Positions 1 through 10,143 of a stretch of 64,000 nucleotides of DNA are shown here, in pieces. Position numbers and translations under genes: made by a program. The notes beneath the pieces are model-generated. The model saw nothing but the letters and a program-made list of their open reading frames with translations. It was not told the origin of the DNA and searched no databases. Source of the stretch: Hyphomicrobiales bacterium (GTDB lineage Bacteria > Pseudomonadota > Alphaproteobacteria > Rhizobiales > JACESI01); NCBI GenBank assembly GCA_039973685.1, contig JBDWKL010000020.1, positions 40,459-104,458 on the forward strand, read 5' to 3'. Every line of letters begins with the position of its first letter. Positions within the stretch are counted from its first letter, which is position 1.

Positions 1-1819
1 CACCAATCCGTTTCAACTCATCTAATTCAACACCCGTTTCACCGCGTCGCGCATCGTCTTCACGATCCGCTGTTTTAAGGCCAGACCATTCGCCATCAAG
101 CCAGTCTGCTTTATTAGGCTTATAGGCTTGGCCCGCCTCATAATCAGCATCTAGCTTTGTGCGCCAGTCGCCTTTTGCTTTGTCGATGGCTTCTTGCGTC
201 AACACACCTTCTGAAATCAACTTGTCAGCATAAAGCTCCAAAGTGGTTCGGTGTGAGCGGATTTTCTTGTACATTTTTGGCTGCGTAAATGACGGTTCAT
301 CACCCTCATTGTGGCCAAAGCGACGGTAGCAGAACATGTCGATGACGACAGGGCGACCAAATTGTTGACGGAATTCAATCGCCACTTTTGCCGCATAAAC
401 AACGGCCTCAGGGTCATCACCGTTCACATGGAAAATCGGTGCTTCAATGAGTTTTGCAACATCGGTTGGATAAGGCGAAGAACGCGACCAATTCGGATTG
501 GTTGTGAAACCGATCTGGTTGTTGATCACGAAATGGATCGAACCGCCCGTACGGTGTCCTTTAAGGCCTGAAAGACCAAAACACTCCGCAACCACCCCTT
601 GACCAGCAAAGGCTGCATCACCGTGCAACAACAATGGCAAAACATTGCTGCGGTCACGAGAACCGCGCTCATTAGGTTCATTGGTTTGGTCTTGTTTCGC
701 ACGCGCTTTACCCAATACCACTGGGTTCACGATCTCAAGGTGCGACGGGTTTGGCATCAATGAAAGGTGTACATTGTTGCCGTCAAATTCACGGTCAGAA
801 GAAACGCCGAGGTGGTATTTAACATCACCTGAACCTTCCACATCATCTGGCGCATAAGAACCGCCTTTGAATTCATGGAAAATAGCTTCGTGAGGTTTGC
901 CCATTACTTGGGACAGAATGTTCAAGCGGCCACGGTGTGCCATGCCGAAAACAATTTCTTCAACACCAAGCTGACCACCGCGTTTGATGATTTGCTCAAG
1001 AGCTGGAACCAATGATTCACCACCATCAAGACCAAAACGTTTGGTACCCGTGTAGCGAATATCAATGAATTTTTCGAAACCTTCAGCTTCAACCAATTTG
1101 TTGAAAATCGCCTTCTTACCGTTTTCGGTAAAGGCAATCTCTTTGTCTGGCCCTTCTATGCGCTGCTGTATCCAACTTTTAGCGATTGGATCAGAAATAT
1201 GCATAAATTCAACGCCAAGCGTTGAACAATAGGTTCGTTGAAGGATCGCGACCATCTCTCTGATGGTTGTCGATTCGATACCTAGATAATTATCAATGAA
1301 GATTGGTCGATCATAATCTTCCTCGACAAAACCATAGTTTGTCGGATCAAGCTCGTTAAAGTCTTCTTTATTACCAGCAATCCCGAGTGGGTCGAGTTTA
1401 GCATGCAAATGACCACGGGCACGATAAGCGCGGATCATCATGATCGCGCGGATAGAATCTTGTGTCGCCTTTTGAACGTCTGCATCTGAAAGAGCTGCGC
1501 CTTTGGCAGCAATTTTCTTTCCAAGCGCTTTACTATCAAGCGGCTCATCGCCAACAGGCCCCCAATCGCCATCCATGGCCGAAACAAGTTCGCCATTTTC
1601 AGGGATTGGCCAATTATCGCGCTTCCAAGAAGCACCTTTGGCATTTTTGATGACGTCCGCCGCATCATCGCTTTCGCCAGCAAAAAATTGCTGCCATTCA
1701 GCGGTCACTGATTGCGGGTTTTCTTTATATTGTGCGTAAAGCTCTTCGATATAAGCTGCATTTGCGCCATACAAAAACGATGTATCGGCAAACATCTGGT
1801 TCGCATCTTCGCGTGCCAT
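1..1819 (-). CDS. sucA: 2-oxoglutarate dehydrogenase E1 component (N-terminal ~606 codons; 3' end lies beyond the window edge)
   Basis: Absent from the ORF track because it runs off the window. My minus-strand translation from ATG at 1819..1817 gives MAREDANQMFADTSFLYGANAAYIEELYAQYKENPQSV..., then ...GMAHRGRLNIL..., DVKYHLG, LLHGDAAFAGQGVV, FHVNGDDPEAV, which are typical OGDH E1 motifs. It follows sucD as in alphaproteobacterial mdh-sucCDAB clusters. Confidence 0.93.
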   Translation of the reverse strand, partial: MAREDANQMFADTSFLYGANAAYIEELYAQYKENPQSVTAEWQQFFAGESDDAADVIKNAKGASWKRDNWPIPENGELVSAMDGDWGPVGDEPLDSKALGKKIAAKGAALSDADVQKATQDSIRAIMMIRAYRARGHLHAKLDPLGIAGNKEDFNELDPTNYGFVEEDYDRPIFIDNYLGIESTTIREMVAILQRTYCSTLGVEFMHISDPIAKSWIQQRIEGPDKEIAFTENGKKAIFNKLVEAEGFEKFIDIRYTGTKRFGLDGGESLVPALEQIIKRGGQLGVEEIVFGMAHRGRLNILSQVMGKPHEAIFHEFKGGSYAPDDVEGSGDVKYHLGVSSDREFDGNNVHLSLMPNPSHLEIVNPVVLGKARAKQDQTNEPNERGSRDRSNVLPLLLHGDAAFAGQGVVAECFGLSGLKGHRTGGSIHFVINNQIGFTTNPNWSRSSPYPTDVAKLIEAPIFHVNGDDPEAVVYAAKVAIEFRQQFGRPVVIDMFCYRRFGHNEGDEPSFTQPKMYKKIRSHRTTLELYADKLISEGVLTQEAIDKAKGDWRTKLDADYEAGQAYKPNKADWLDGEWSGLKTADREDDARRGETGVELDELKRIG

Positions 1820-2007
1820 TTATTTATCACGGTTAAAAAACCGTGCTCTCCATAACCCCGGGCCTCACCATGAGGGCAGCCATCACATTGTCAGGCCGCA
1901 TCAACCCGTCCTTAAATCAGAGAGTGGAGGGTTTATGCTTAATAAACCCTTCACTTTTTCTCAATCAGTTGAGAACTAAACCAGTTCTCATGAACATTTG
2001 GCTAATA

Positions 2008-2904
2008 TTAGCCCTTCAATAGATCAACAAGTGTCACGCCAAGTTTTGCCGGAGACGGCGAAACGCGAATACCTGCTGCTTCCATTGCTTCGATTTTGTC
2101 TTCTGCGCCGCCTTTGCCGCCAGAAATAACAGCACCAGCGTGGCCCATTGTGCGGCCTGGAGGCGCCGTGCGGCCAGCGATAAAGCCAACGGTTGGTTTC
2201 TTGCGGCCTTTCTTAGCTTCGTCAGCCAAGAATTGCGCTGCTTCTTCTTCAGCAGAACCACCAATCTCACCAATCATGATAATGCTCTCAGTTGCATCAT
2301 CTGCAAGGAACATTTCTAGCATGTCGATAAACTCAGTGCCTTTAACCGGATCACCACCAATACCAACAGCCGTTGTTTGACCAAGGCCTGCATTGGTTGT
2401 TTGGAACACGGCTTCATAAGTCAGTGTGCCAGAACGTGAAACGATGCCAACATTGCCTTTTTTGAAGATGTTACCTGGCATAATGCCGATCTTGCATTCT
2501 TCTGGTGTCAAAACACCTGGGCAGTTTGGACCGATCAAACGTGACGATGATTTATCAAGCTTCTCTTTCACTGCAACCATGTCGAGAACAGGAACGCCTT
2601 CAGTGATACAAACGATCAGTGGAATTTCTGCTTCAATCGCTTCAAGAATAGAGGCGGCTGTAAATTTTGGTGGCACGTAAATCACAGAAGCATCAGCGCC
2701 TGTTTGTTCACGGGCTTCAGCAACAGAATTGAAAATCGGCAGCTTACCGTTAGCGCCTTCCCATTCTTGACCGCCTTTACCAGGGGTTACACCACCAACC
2801 ATTTGCGTGCCGTAAGCAAGCGCTGCATCTGTGTGGAAAGATCCGGTTTTGCCGGTCATGCCCTGACAGATAACTTTGGTGTCTTTGTTGATTAGAATTG
2901 ACAT
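2008..2904 (-). CDS. sucD: succinyl-CoA synthetase alpha subunit
   Basis: 298-aa [27 protein letters not shown]...[13 protein letters not shown] with the phosphohistidine loop. AAGGAA RBS lies 8 nt upstream of the ATG. Confidence 0.97.
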   Translation of the reverse strand: MSILINKDTKVICQGMTGKTGSFHTDAALAYGTQMVGGVTPGKGGQEWEGANGKLPIFNSVAEAREQTGADASVIYVPPKFTAASILEAIEAEIPLIVCITEGVPVLDMVAVKEKLDKSSSRLIGPNCPGVLTPEECKIGIMPGNIFKKGNVGIVSRSGTLTYEAVFQTTNAGLGQTTAVGIGGDPVKGTEFIDMLEMFLADDATESIIMIGEIGGSAEEEAAQFLADEAKKGRKKPTVGFIAGRTAPPGRTMGHAGAVISGGKGGAEDKIEAMEAAGIRVSPSPAKLGVTLVDLLKG

Positions 2905-2926
2905 AAATGAGTTCCTTAAGTCCGCG

Positions 2927-3994
2927 CTATCGAAGCGCTATAATGGAGGTGTAGAGATTAGTGTCTGCGCTACCGATAATTTTTCTTCCTGTCGCAAGAC
3001 GAAAATTACCACGAGGGTGCACAGTGTTTATGATGGTGAGGCCTGCAAGTTTCTTGGTTTCAACAAGCCCACCTTGAGTTTCGAGAATGTGAACCAGCCC
3101 AGCCGCGTAATCAGCAACGTCGCTACCATTGAAGCTTACATCACATGCATCAGTTGAAGTTTGAAGCAAAAGAGTTCTATCAGCGTTGCGGAAGACCTGC
3201 GTTTTCTTCTCTGATACGATGAGCTCAAGATCGGCTTGGCCATTAAACAAGTTAGTGAAGTCACCCGACGGTCGAGTAATGCACTGATCAACATAGCGGT
3301 AAGCCAGTTCATTGTCAGTCAAAGCTCGGCCGATCCGTTCTGCTTTGGTGGTATTTGTAAGCCTTCTGCGGGCAAGTTCTGCTTTCAGCTTTTCAAGTTC
3401 GTTCAATTGCTGGTCGCGAATCCGAGCCGGTGTTAGCTTGACCTGTTCCGGTGTAATTTGACCCGTGCTCTGACGGCGTGCCAATTCTGCTTTAGCTTCC
3501 GCCAACTCTTTTTCGTTATTGAAGTTGCGCTTTGTGAGTTCTTGTTTGGCGTCCTTCAACTCCTGAATGAGTTCTGTCCGGCTTGCATCAGGTGAAATAT
3601 CCAACCCCGGATCAGGGGATGCCGCTAAGTTTGCATCTGGAATAGCATCAGGAATAGCATTTGGAACATCAGCTTGACTGACATTTGGCGTACCACCCAA
3701 ATTTCCACCTGGTATCACACGTCGGCTTGGATCGATTGGCACATCTGGAACTGCACCTGGTGTCACATCCACCGTATCAGAATCCTTCAAGCCCCCAGTT
3801 ACCTGTTTCGCAGCCCTGCGCTCAGCCTTACGTCGCTTGCGCTCATCACCATCAAACAACCTGCCGAAGAAACCTTTTTTCTCTTCTTGGGCATAAGATG
3901 GAGATGGCACAAGCACGCTTGAAGCCATCAAGAAAGCAGTTCCGAAAATGAGGCCTTGCTTGACGCGAAGGCTAATTTTCGAGCGATAAGCCAT
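2927..3994 (-). CDS. secreted coiled-coil protein of unknown function, inserted between sucC and sucD
   Basis: The 355-aa ORF exactly fills the sucC-sucD gap: start is 5 nt after the sucC stop and stop is 22 nt before the sucD start. AAGGGG RBS lies inside the sucC 3' end. It has an N-terminal signal-like sequence (...[19 protein letters not shown]), a Pro/Asp-rich stretch (AIPDAIPDA), repeated (A/L)KAELARR(Q/R) heptad-like segments, and a Cys-containing C-terminal domain. I recognise no family. Confidence 0.72.
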   Translation of the reverse strand: MAYRSKISLRVKQGLIFGTAFLMASSVLVPSPSYAQEEKKGFFGRLFDGDERKRRKAERRAAKQVTGGLKDSDTVDVTPGAVPDVPIDPSRRVIPGGNLGGTPNVSQADVPNAIPDAIPDANLAASPDPGLDISPDASRTELIQELKDAKQELTKRNFNNEKELAEAKAELARRQSTGQITPEQVKLTPARIRDQQLNELEKLKAELARRRLTNTTKAERIGRALTDNELAYRYVDQCITRPSGDFTNLFNGQADLELIVSEKKTQVFRNADRTLLLQTSTDACDVSFNGSDVADYAAGLVHILETQGGLVETKKLAGLTIINTVHPRGNFRLATGRKIIGSADTNLYTSIIALR

Positions 3995-3999
3995 TGGGA

Positions 4000-5193
4000 T
4001 TACCCCTTTACAGCAGCAACAATTTTCTGGGCTGCATCATCAAGGTCATCAGCTGGAATAACATCCAGATCACTACCATCGATAATAGCTTTACCCTTTT
4101 CAACATTTGTTCCTTCAAGACGAACAACAAGCGGTACTTGCAATCCGACTTCTTTCACAGCCGTCAAAACACCTTCTGCAATAACATCACACTGCATGAT
4201 ACCACCGAAGATATTGACAAGAATACCCTTCACGTTTGGATCAGCCGTAATGATTTTAAAAGCAGCCGTTACTTTTTCAGTGGTTGCACCACCACCAACA
4301 TCAAGGAAGTTAGCAGGTTCAGCACCATAAAGCTTGATGATGTCCATGGTCGCCATAGCAAGACCAGCACCGTTCACCATGCAACCGATGTTGCCATCAA
4401 GAGCAACATAAGCAAGATCATGCTTTGACGCTTCGATTTCTTTTGCATCTTCTTCTGAAAGGTCACGAAGTTCTTGCAAATCAGCATGACGGAATTCCGC
4501 GTTGCCATCAAAAGATACTTTCGCATCCAAAACGCGCAAGTGACCATCTTTCATGATGATAAGCGGGTTTACTTCCAACAGGCTCATGTCTGTTTCAACG
4601 AACGCTTTGTAAAGAATTGGGAAGAGGTTCATGCCATCGGCACGTGCATCGCCTGTAAGCTCAAAAGCATCACATACTTTGCCAGCAATCGCCGCATCAC
4701 AGCCTACAGTTGGCTCAACATCGATTGTGTGGATTTTTTCCGGTGTCTCTTCAGCAACCGCCTCAATGTCCATGCCGCCTTCAGTTGAAGCAACAAAGGA
4801 TACTTTGCCAGTTTCACGATTGACGAGGATTGAAAGATAAAGTTCGTTTTCAATATCCGCACCATCTTCAAGGTAAAGACGGTTTACTTGCTTACCTGCA
4901 GGGCCGGTTTGCTTTGTAACCAGCGTATTGCCAAACATTTCTGAAACATGAGAACGCGCTTCATCAGCGGAGAACGCCAAACGAACGCCGCCTTTTGCGT
5001 CTTCTGGCAATTCTTTGAATTTGCCTTTACCACGGCCACCGGCGTGAATTTGGCTTTTCACCACATAGACTGGACCGGGTAGCGCATCGAGTGCCGCATC
5101 GACATCGGCTGCGTTTAAAATCGGCACGCCTTCAGCAACCGGAGCACCAAAAGATTTCAACAAGGCTTTCGCCTGATATTCATGAATGTTCAT
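4000..5193 (-). CDS. sucC: succinyl-CoA synthetase beta subunit (ADP-forming)
   Basis: 397-aa [22 protein letters not shown]...[14 protein letters not shown]...[15 protein letters not shown], a canonical SucC. Confidence 0.97.
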   Translation of the reverse strand: MNIHEYQAKALLKSFGAPVAEGVPILNAADVDAALDALPGPVYVVKSQIHAGGRGKGKFKELPEDAKGGVRLAFSADEARSHVSEMFGNTLVTKQTGPAGKQVNRLYLEDGADIENELYLSILVNRETGKVSFVASTEGGMDIEAVAEETPEKIHTIDVEPTVGCDAAIAGKVCDAFELTGDARADGMNLFPILYKAFVETDMSLLEVNPLIIMKDGHLRVLDAKVSFDGNAEFRHADLQELRDLSEEDAKEIEASKHDLAYVALDGNIGCMVNGAGLAMATMDIIKLYGAEPANFLDVGGGATTEKVTAAFKIITADPNVKGILVNIFGGIMQCDVIAEGVLTAVKEVGLQVPLVVRLEGTNVEKGKAIIDGSDLDVIPADDLDDAAQKIVAAVKG

Positions 5194-5269
5194 TTCTCAA
5201 ATCCATTTGAGGTTTTAGATACGTCGCACGTTTGCGACATTCGTTTATTCAAATGATGGCAGAGCCATC

Positions 5270-5291
5270 AAAAAAGCGCCCCATAGGGCGC
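5270..5291 (-). terminator. Rho-independent terminator or attenuator between mdh and sucC
   Basis: On the minus strand: GCGCCC/GGGCGC 6-bp GC stem with a 4-nt loop, then T6 (complement of A6 at 5270..5275), 7 nt after the mdh stop. Confidence 0.65.
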
Positions 5292-5297
5292 CTTTAA

Positions 5298-6293
<996 letters not shown>

Positions 6294-6450
6294 TCAGTTA
6301 AAGTTTGGGTACTCCTATTCATAAGGTAGCGCAACCCAATCACGCCTTTAAGACATTCCTTTCGACTAAAAAATAATACGTTTCTACCGTTTACGTAAAG
6401 TGGAGTTTTGGTTTGTTCTCAAAATTACCACCTAAAAAGGGTAATTTAAG

Positions 6451-7602
6451 CTATTGAGGCGCCTTCGCGCTGAGATATTCATCCGATTGCATTTCAATCA
6501 ATCTTGATACGGTCCGGTCAAATTCGAAGGCTTCAACTTCACGCAAACCAGCGTTCAGCTCGGTTGGTGCCGCCGCTGCTGTTACCACTAGTTTCACGCC
6601 TGCGTCATAAATTGTATCTATCAGATTGATGAAACGCTTCGCTTCATTTCTCTTTTCAGCCGTGAAAGTTGGAATATCTTCAATAAACAGCGTGTGGAAA
6701 CTCTGAGCAATTTTGAGATAATCCGTCGCACCCAAGGGCTTTTCGCAAAGGTCAGAAAAAGCAAATCGTGCCGTCCCTAATGCTGCCATCGGCACTTCGA
6801 CCTGTCGCCCCTTGATAGTAAGTTCAAGCCGCTGCGGTTTCTCACCGCCAATGATCGCGCTCCATAACTCATCAAATTGGGCTGCAGATACATCATTCAA
6901 TGGATGAGAATAAACTGGCTTATTGCCAAGCTTTTCTAATCTAAAATCAGTTCTCGCATCCAGCTTTGCCACATCGACGTTCTCTTTTAGCAAATCGATA
7001 AATGGCATAAAATCGGCACGTCTCAAGCCGTCTTTATACAGGTCATCAGGGTCGACATTCGAGGTTGCGATAATCACCACTTGGCGGGCAAATAACTGGG
7101 TGAACAAGCGTCGCATAATCATCGCATCAGCAATATCGCGCACGGTGAACTCATCGAAGCATAGAAGCCTCACCTCATCGGCAATTGCATTGGCAACAGG
7201 GACAATTGGATCATCACTTGTCACCTCACCACGCTTCAAAGCTTCGCGATGCCCATGAATACGATCATGCACATCGGCCATAAATTCATGGAAATGAACC
7301 CGTTGTTTTCGTCTTATATTGGAGGCGTCAAAAAACAAATCCATGAGCATGGTTTTACCCCGCCCAACAGAGCCCCAAATATAAAGCCCTTTTACATTCG
7401 TCCACGCCGATTTGCGTTTGCTAAACAACCAACCTAGGGAACTGGATTTATTGGCAAGTTTTCGCTCAGCAAGGTCAGTATTGACGGCATCGAGACGATC
7501 AATAACAGCGAGCTGTGCGACGTCCTCTTCAAGGCCGCCGCCTGTCACCAACTGACGATATTTAGATAAAATACTCGAAGGGGCTTTGTCTGAGTGAGGC
7601 AT
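6451..7602 (-). CDS. zapE: AFG1/ZapE-family ATPase
   Basis: 383-aa ORF with Walker A GSVGRGKTMLMD and Walker B-like LLCFDEF. Sits in the conserved position upstream of mdh. Confidence 0.85.
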   Translation of the reverse strand: MPHSDKAPSSILSKYRQLVTGGGLEEDVAQLAVIDRLDAVNTDLAERKLANKSSSLGWLFSKRKSAWTNVKGLYIWGSVGRGKTMLMDLFFDASNIRRKQRVHFHEFMADVHDRIHGHREALKRGEVTSDDPIVPVANAIADEVRLLCFDEFTVRDIADAMIMRRLFTQLFARQVVIIATSNVDPDDLYKDGLRRADFMPFIDLLKENVDVAKLDARTDFRLEKLGNKPVYSHPLNDVSAAQFDELWSAIIGGEKPQRLELTIKGRQVEVPMAALGTARFAFSDLCEKPLGATDYLKIAQSFHTLFIEDIPTFTAEKRNEAKRFINLIDTIYDAGVKLVVTAAAAPTELNAGLREVEAFEFDRTVSRLIEMQSDEYLSAKAPQ

Positions 7603-7666
7603 GAATCATTTATACGGGCTGCACCCGCCTTTTCAACTGCTCACGGACAAAAAGGATAGTGCGCGA

Positions 7667-8260
7667 CTAGCGGAACACGCTAATTGAAGCGCCACCAGTT
7701 TCTGTTGTTCCATCAAAACGATTATCACCCGATACAACAAGACGCGCGATCAAGCCGCCAGTCTTATTAAATAATGACAACTGTTTCCCCGCTACGTTCC
7801 AAGCGCCAATTCCTAAAAGTTGGTCAGTGGAGCATTTACGGGTCGACGCTCTAAAGCCGCCAGTCCATGTTGTAAGACTTAGATTGAGTGCACATGAATC
7901 GGCATTGGTCGAAACATTCCAAGCACCCAATACTGCATTACGTCCAAAATTGATTGTTGGAGAAACGGAAACCGTTTGAACGCGGGTTACCCCAGAACTT
8001 GATGTTGGCAGTGTCGGTATAGCTTGCAAATCTTGCGCTTGACCACTTGCAGCCGCTCCAGCTTGAGCGGCATTTACAGAGGGCGTACCAACAGCAGGCG
8101 CGCTCCCAACAGGAGAAAGTTGGGTCGAAGCGACGGGAGAGATTGGCGCAGGTTGCAACGGCTCAGGCTGCGCAAGTTGCGGTGACACTGCTGTCGTCTG
8201 ACAAGCAGCAAGTGCGCCACAAAGGCCTATCGCTAACGTTTGTAAATACATGTTTTTCAT
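7667..8260 (-). CDS. Omp19-like outer-membrane lipoprotein (AprI/Inh protease-inhibitor-like C-terminal domain)
   Basis: Lipobox LAAC/Q after a signal peptide, then a Pro/Ala/Ser-rich linker. The C-terminus GAWNVS...SCALNL...GAWNVAGKQLSLFNKTGG...RFDGTT..GGASISVFR closely resembles my recollection of Brucella Omp19. Confidence 0.72.
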   Translation of the reverse strand: MKNMYLQTLAIGLCGALAACQTTAVSPQLAQPEPLQPAPISPVASTQLSPVGSAPAVGTPSVNAAQAGAAASGQAQDLQAIPTLPTSSSGVTRVQTVSVSPTINFGRNAVLGAWNVSTNADSCALNLSLTTWTGGFRASTRKCSTDQLLGIGAWNVAGKQLSLFNKTGGLIARLVVSGDNRFDGTTETGGASISVFR

Positions 8261-8426
8261 CGTGTTTAAAGCCCAGATACAACGACCATTACGTCATATT
8301 ATCTAATTTAACGTATATTGTTGATTGCCACCATACAACCAAACATAGGTTTACATATAGAAGTTGTATAACTAACGCAACACTCTTGATGCGTGCAGAT
8401 TGCGTTTTGGGTCGTGTTAATTCTGG

Positions 8427-8867
8427 CTACTTTGCCGCTGCGTCAGTTAACTTGTCCAATGCGCCACTTACTTTTGCAAATACTTCATCAGCACCTTCAA
8501 TATCATATCGGGCTTTCAAAGCGGCCGGATCAAGGTAACCAATTTTAGTTTCGCGCGCTTCTTCAAACACCAAAACGCGGAGCGGCAGATCAAGACCCGC
8601 ACGAATATTGTTTTGCATGATCGGCGTGCCAATTTTCGGATTACCAAAAATTACCAATGTAGCAGGCGCAAGTTCTGCCCCAACACTGCTTGCACCAGCG
8701 GCATGGTCAACAACGCCAAATACTTTAGCGCCTGCGCCTTCAATAGCCGCGGTTAGTTGAGACACTGTTTTTTCAACAGAGTGTGAGCTTGATTTAACGA
8801 TCCAGTTGTCTGCCATTGCGGTTCCTACAAATAAAAACAGGGTTATAAATACAAAAAGGCAACGCAT
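8427..8867 (-). CDS. DUF302 domain protein, secreted
   Basis: 146-aa ORF with a signal peptide (FVGTAMA/DN). The body ...VFGVVDHAAGA...ATLVIFGNPKIGTPIM...GLDLPLRVLV is typical of DUF302. Confidence 0.72.
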   Translation of the reverse strand: MRCLFVFITLFLFVGTAMADNWIVKSSSHSVEKTVSQLTAAIEGAGAKVFGVVDHAAGASSVGAELAPATLVIFGNPKIGTPIMQNNIRAGLDLPLRVLVFEEARETKIGYLDPAALKARYDIEGADEVFAKVSGALDKLTDAAAK

Positions 8868-9017
8868 GCGGTGCTCCTATCATTCATTGTCTTTTCTACG
8901 TTGGTATTTAGGCGGACGCAAGGCAGGTCGATACCCCAATCTAAGTCACAATTTGGTGTTTCAGATATTCTTAAGGATCCTCTCTTAAAATGAGGGCTAT
9001 TGTAAGGAGTATATATT

Positions 9018-9215
9018 ATGTCAGCCCTTGGCGCCGTTAGTTCTTCGATTGCAACCCAAACCGCTCAAACGGTAGCGCTTGCAAATTCATTACAGCAATC
9101 TCAAGCCGTTGTTGGATTGCTCGAAGCTGGCCAGCAAAACCTTGAAGCCTTAGCTTCTAAAATTGAAGCCCCAACCCTTGATGGAACGGGCGCGCGTGTT
9201 GACCGACAGGTCTGA
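9018..9215 (+). CDS. small (65 aa) Ala/Gln/Ser-rich protein, possibly YjfB-like (putative motility protein family)
   Basis: Strong AAGGAG RBS lies 8 nt upstream of the ATG, and a strong terminator lies 26 nt after the stop. The family call is tentative and rests only on the compositional pattern and the C-terminal G..VD..V ending. Confidence 0.55.
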   Translation: MSALGAVSSSIATQTAQTVALANSLQQSQAVVGLLEAGQQNLEALASKIEAPTLDGTGARVDRQV

Positions 9216-9240
9216 CACAGCAACAATCAGATAACAAAAA

Positions 9241-9271
9241 AGCCGGCAGTTCAAAACTGCCGGCTTTTTTG
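9241..9271. terminator. bidirectional Rho-independent terminator (small ORF on + strand, sdhB on - strand)
   Basis: Perfect 9-bp GC-rich stem AGCCGGCAG/CTGCCGGCT with a 7-nt loop. It is flanked by A6 (9235..9240) and T6 (9266..9271). Confidence 0.9.
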
Positions 9272-9291
9272 TTTTGTTTAGTAGCAAGTGC

Positions 9292-10074
9292 CTAGATACG
9301 GCGCTCGACCATCATCTTTTTCACTTCCGCAATCGCTTTCGCCGGGTTCAAACCCTTCGGACAAGCCTGCGCACAATTCATGATTGTGTGACAGCGATAA
9401 AGGCGGAATGGATCTTCAAGATTATCCAAACGGTCGCCCGTTGCTTCGTCTCGGCTATCAATCAACCAACGATAGGCTTGAAGCAAAACAGCAGGGCCGA
9501 GATAGCGATCATCATTCCACCAGTAAGATGGGCATGATGTTGAACAACATGCACACAGAATGCACTCGTAAAGACCATCGAGTTTCTCGCGGTCATCACG
9601 GCTCTGGCCCCATTCCTTTTCAGGTGTTGCCGTATCTGTTTGCAGCCACGGTTCGATTGAACGGTGCTGCGCGTAGAAGTTCGTAAGATCAGGCACCAAG
9701 TCTTTAACGACTGGCAGGTGCGGCAATGGATAGATTTTCACCACATCACCTGCAACCTCATCCATACCTTTAAGGCAAGCAAGGTTATTCGTGCCGCCAA
9801 TATTCATGGCGCAAGAACCACAAATACCCTCACGGCAAGAGCGGCGGAACGTCAGTGTCGGATCGACCTTATTTTTAATCCAGATCAAACCATCTAGCAC
9901 CATCGGACCACAATCGTCGCGATCAACGAAGTATGTATCAATGGTTGGATTTTCCTGATCATCAGGATTCCAGCGATAAATGCGATACTCAGTAAGATTT
10001 GTCGCGCCATCCGGTTTAGGCCACGTTTTGCCCGCCGACATTGTTGAGTTTTTTGGAAGTGTTAGCTGAACCAT
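9292..10074 (-). CDS. sdhB: succinate dehydrogenase iron-sulfur subunit
   Basis: The three Fe-S cysteine clusters are visible: [38 protein letters not shown]. Confidence 0.97.
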   Translation of the reverse strand: MVQLTLPKNSTMSAGKTWPKPDGATNLTEYRIYRWNPDDQENPTIDTYFVDRDDCGPMVLDGLIWIKNKVDPTLTFRRSCREGICGSCAMNIGGTNNLACLKGMDEVAGDVVKIYPLPHLPVVKDLVPDLTNFYAQHRSIEPWLQTDTATPEKEWGQSRDDREKLDGLYECILCACCSTSCPSYWWNDDRYLGPAVLLQAYRWLIDSRDEATGDRLDNLEDPFRLYRCHTIMNCAQACPKGLNPAKAIAEVKKMMVERRI

Positions 10075-10143
10075 TTTGAGTGCTCAATCATGTTGATTTT
10101 GTTTGTGAAGGTCGACATTTAAACAACATCGACCTGTCTAAAA

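Noticed and set aside
3956-4428. Overlapping plus-strand ORFs (124 aa and 144 aa) antisense to the 3' part of sucC.
   Set aside because: sucC is unambiguous on the minus strand. The antisense translations are low-information (Ser/Thr/Ile-rich) and the two overlap each other in different frames.
6390-6399. Perfect palindrome TTTACGTAAA upstream of mdh, sharing the core GTTTACGTAA with a near-palindrome CGTTTACGTAAGCG at 40055..40068 upstream of etfBA. I considered a shared regulator site for TCA and electron-transfer genes.
   Set aside because: About 60 perfect 10-bp palindromes are expected by chance in 64 kb, and I picked these two by eye. I cannot recall a regulator motif precisely enough to assign them. 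It would only be worth a genome-wide motif search, for example against a LiuR- or FadR-type regulon.
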